This document shows positions 63,120 to 64,000 of a stretch of DNA of 64,000 nt, piece by piece. The stretch comes from Isurus oxyrinchus (Eukaryota). Within the stretch, counting starts at the first letter, position 1. Every line of letters begins with the position of its first letter. The DNA is taken from positions 248,001 through 312,000 of the forward strand of contig JANJGN010000105.1 of the NCBI GenBank assembly GCA_026770705.1, read 5' to 3'. Below the pieces are notes generated by a model. It saw nothing but the letters and a program-made list of their open reading frames with translations, was not told where the DNA came from and ran no database searches. A program made the translations under genes and the position numbers.

Positions 63120-64000
63120 AGAGAGGAGGGATTAGGTGGTTCGCGGGATTTAGAAATGGAGCAATGAACAATAAGGGTGAAATTTATCTCCCGCTGTTGA
63201 GGGAGACAATGGAAGTTAAATCAGGGGCTCTGGGAATAACTTGCAAATCCTCATTCGTCACAGGTGAGATATCAGAGAACTGGAGGGATGTCAACGGTGT
63301 CCCATTATTTAAAAGAAACATGAGGACAGCACCGATCAGCAGTCAGACTAAGCTAGGTGGTGGGTCATTACCATGAAGGATTTTTAGCGACATAATAAAT
63401 CAGCATTTGGACGGACAAGGGCTAATCACCGGGATGGTCAGCATGGCTTTATTAAGGTAAAGTCATCTTTGAAATACATGATCGAATTTTCTGAAGAGGT
63501 TACCAGGAGTGTTGATCAGTGTAATGCATTTTATGCGTTCTACATGGGCTTTTGTAAGGCTTTTGAAAGATCCTTCATGGCCGACCCGTCAATAAAATAA
63601 ATACACATGGGATCCAAGGCAAAGTGTCAACGCTGGATCCTAAATTAGCTGAGAGACAGAAAGCAGCATGTGATGGTAAAGGGATGTTTATATGACTGTT
63701 AGCCTGTTTCCAGTGGGGTTACGCAGGGCTCGGTGCTGGTGACTTTACTGCTTAGGATGTGCATATATGATTTGGAATTTAATGTAGGGGGGTATAATCA
63801 AGAAGATTCCGGATGACACTAAAATTGTAGGGTGCTAAATAGTGAGATGAATAGCCGTATACTAGAAGAGTGTATCAATGGACTTGGCAGTTGGGCAGAG
63901 TCGTGACAAATGGAATTCAACCTGGAAAAGGGTGAGGTAAGGCACTTGCTGATGGCACAACAGGCAAGAGATTGCACTATGATGAGTAGGGCCCTGCAAA
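63120..64000 (+). mobile_element. CR1 LINE RT region running off the window
   Basis: ENWRDVNGVPLFK, QHGFIKVKS, SGVTQGSVL, K.PDDTKI motifs. Confidence 0.88.

Overview
Eukaryotic, AT-rich, repeat-dense vertebrate DNA. The repeat content (CR1, L2 and RTE-type LINEs, Penelope-like elements, tRNA-derived SINE) and the GPR139-like receptor sequences look like a cartilaginous fish (shark); this is inferred from recalled family resemblance, not from a search. No complete intact protein gene lies inside the window. The only clean coding pieces are exon 1 of a GPR139-like GPCR (1449-1380, minus strand, continuing off the left edge) and one open BEN-like exon (38080-37855). From about 9 kb to 61 kb the window is an old, decayed mosaic of segmental duplications with offsets of roughly 10-12.5 kb. 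The duplicated unit carries about 15 tRNA relics (Ile-AAT, Gly-TCC, Asp-GTC), a Gypsy gag relic and a 46-bp minisatellite. It also carries a minus-strand multi-exon gene relic (coiled-coil, CxxC, BEN-like domain) that can be pieced together from three copies with compatible splice phases. The first intron of that gene holds an intronless histone H3.3-type copy on the opposite strand. Several Penelope-like ends keep degenerate hammerhead-ribozyme cores. All identifications and repeat boundaries were made by eye, and repeat coordinates are approximate.
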